Shown here in pieces: positions 63,195-64,000 of a DNA stretch of 64,000 nt. The translations under genes were made by a program, and so were the position numbers. The notes under the pieces are model-generated. The model worked only from the letters and a program-made list of their open reading frames with translations. It ran no database searches and was not told the origin of the DNA. The stretch lies in assembly GCA_024704765.1 (NCBI GenBank), contig JAKMXF010000301.1:53945-117944 (forward strand), read 5' to 3'. Source of the stretch: Oopsacas minuta. Its lineage: Eukaryota > Animalia > Porifera. Each line of letters begins with the position of its first letter. Positions within the stretch are counted from its first letter, which is position 1.

Positions 63195-64000
63195 CAGGGC
63201 GTCCAATAAGTCTTGCCGGTCATGATATATCTTAGGAATTAGTAAAGTAATACATCTAACTTTCATATATTATAAGCCCATATAGTTAAACTCCATATAC
63301 TGAAAGTTTATTCAATACAAATTATGAATTTTTGAGATAGTTACGTGTAGTCAATTTATACCACTGTTGAATTTATGGCTTCAACGGATGATAATTTCAA
63401 CTTCAAATGGCGAGCTTACATAGAGTTTCGCACAATACTCAAGATCCAGCCCGTACAGATATTCAGCGAGTTACAGGAGATATTGTGCGTGGATTGTCCT
63501 TCCAGATCTACTGTACAGCGATGGGCTGCCCGTTTTAGATTTGGTGATGCTGATGTCACAGATTTGCCTCGATCTGGAAGACCGATATCCACCACCACTT
63601 CAGAGAATATCGCACTCATTGAAAGTATGGTCATGGAAGACAAGTGCATTACTGTCAATCAGTTAGAACAAAGTATGGAGATTTCATCGGGAGTTATTCA
63701 TACAATTCTGACTACTGAGCTTGGCTACCGATCGATTTGTGGGAAATGGGTCCCGCATAAGCTCAGTGAGAATCAAAGGTTGGCACGACTGAATATTACC
63801 AAGAAACTCTTGGAAACTTATGAGAACTGCGATTCTAGACGCCTAACAGAGATTATTACTGGTGACGAGACATGGGTGTACTATTCAATACCATATAGCA
63901 AGTATAAGAAGCGATCATGGGTGTGGGGCGACGAACAACCGACGAAAATTCCTAGACCCAACTTCAGAAAACCTAAGATTATGTATACTTTCTTCTTCAG
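63195..64000 (+). mobile_element. mariner (DD34D), same family as 5242-11770; runs off the window end
   Basis: TA|CAGGGCGTCCAATAAGTCTTGC TIR. Frame from ATG at about 63376 reads MASTDDNFNFKWRAYIEF...KWVPHKL...ITGDETWVYY with no stop seen up to the window end. Confidence 0.92.

Noticed and set aside
1-64000. Unistrand piRNA-cluster-like locus
   Set aside because: Transposases lie on both strands with no strong orientation bias; it cannot be supported without small-RNA data.

Overview
AT-rich, apparently metazoan genomic DNA that is mostly a nested graveyard of cut-and-paste DNA transposons. A sponge or cnidarian-type invertebrate host is my inference only. I can support at least 20 element copies. 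They include Tc1/mariner of four catalytic classes (DD34D mariner, DD37D maT, DD41D rosa, DD37E), pogo/Tigger, three hAT lineages, two Chapaev3 copies and several MITEs. There are also three divergent copies of a RAG1-like/Transib transposase. The best RAG1-like copy (5844-11036) has perfect CACAGTG heptamer ends, a 5-bp CCATG target-site duplication and recognisable DDE and Zn-binding motifs. It forms one layer of a four-level nest: maT > mariner > RAG1-like > hAT-Buster. Two RAG1-like elements with different end sequences both carry a second conserved terminal motif 12 bp from the heptamer at the 5' end and 21 bp from it at the 3' end, an RSS-like 12/21 asymmetry. The only recognisable host gene piece is one MFSD2-like transporter exon (52730-52991, minus). 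Other features are two dead OTU-protease fragments, a diverged segmental duplication with a conserved hairpin, inverted arrays of a ~59-bp repeat and one assembly gap (n at 55162). No rRNA, tRNA or CRISPR array was seen. All family calls come from motif recognition by eye; no searches were run.
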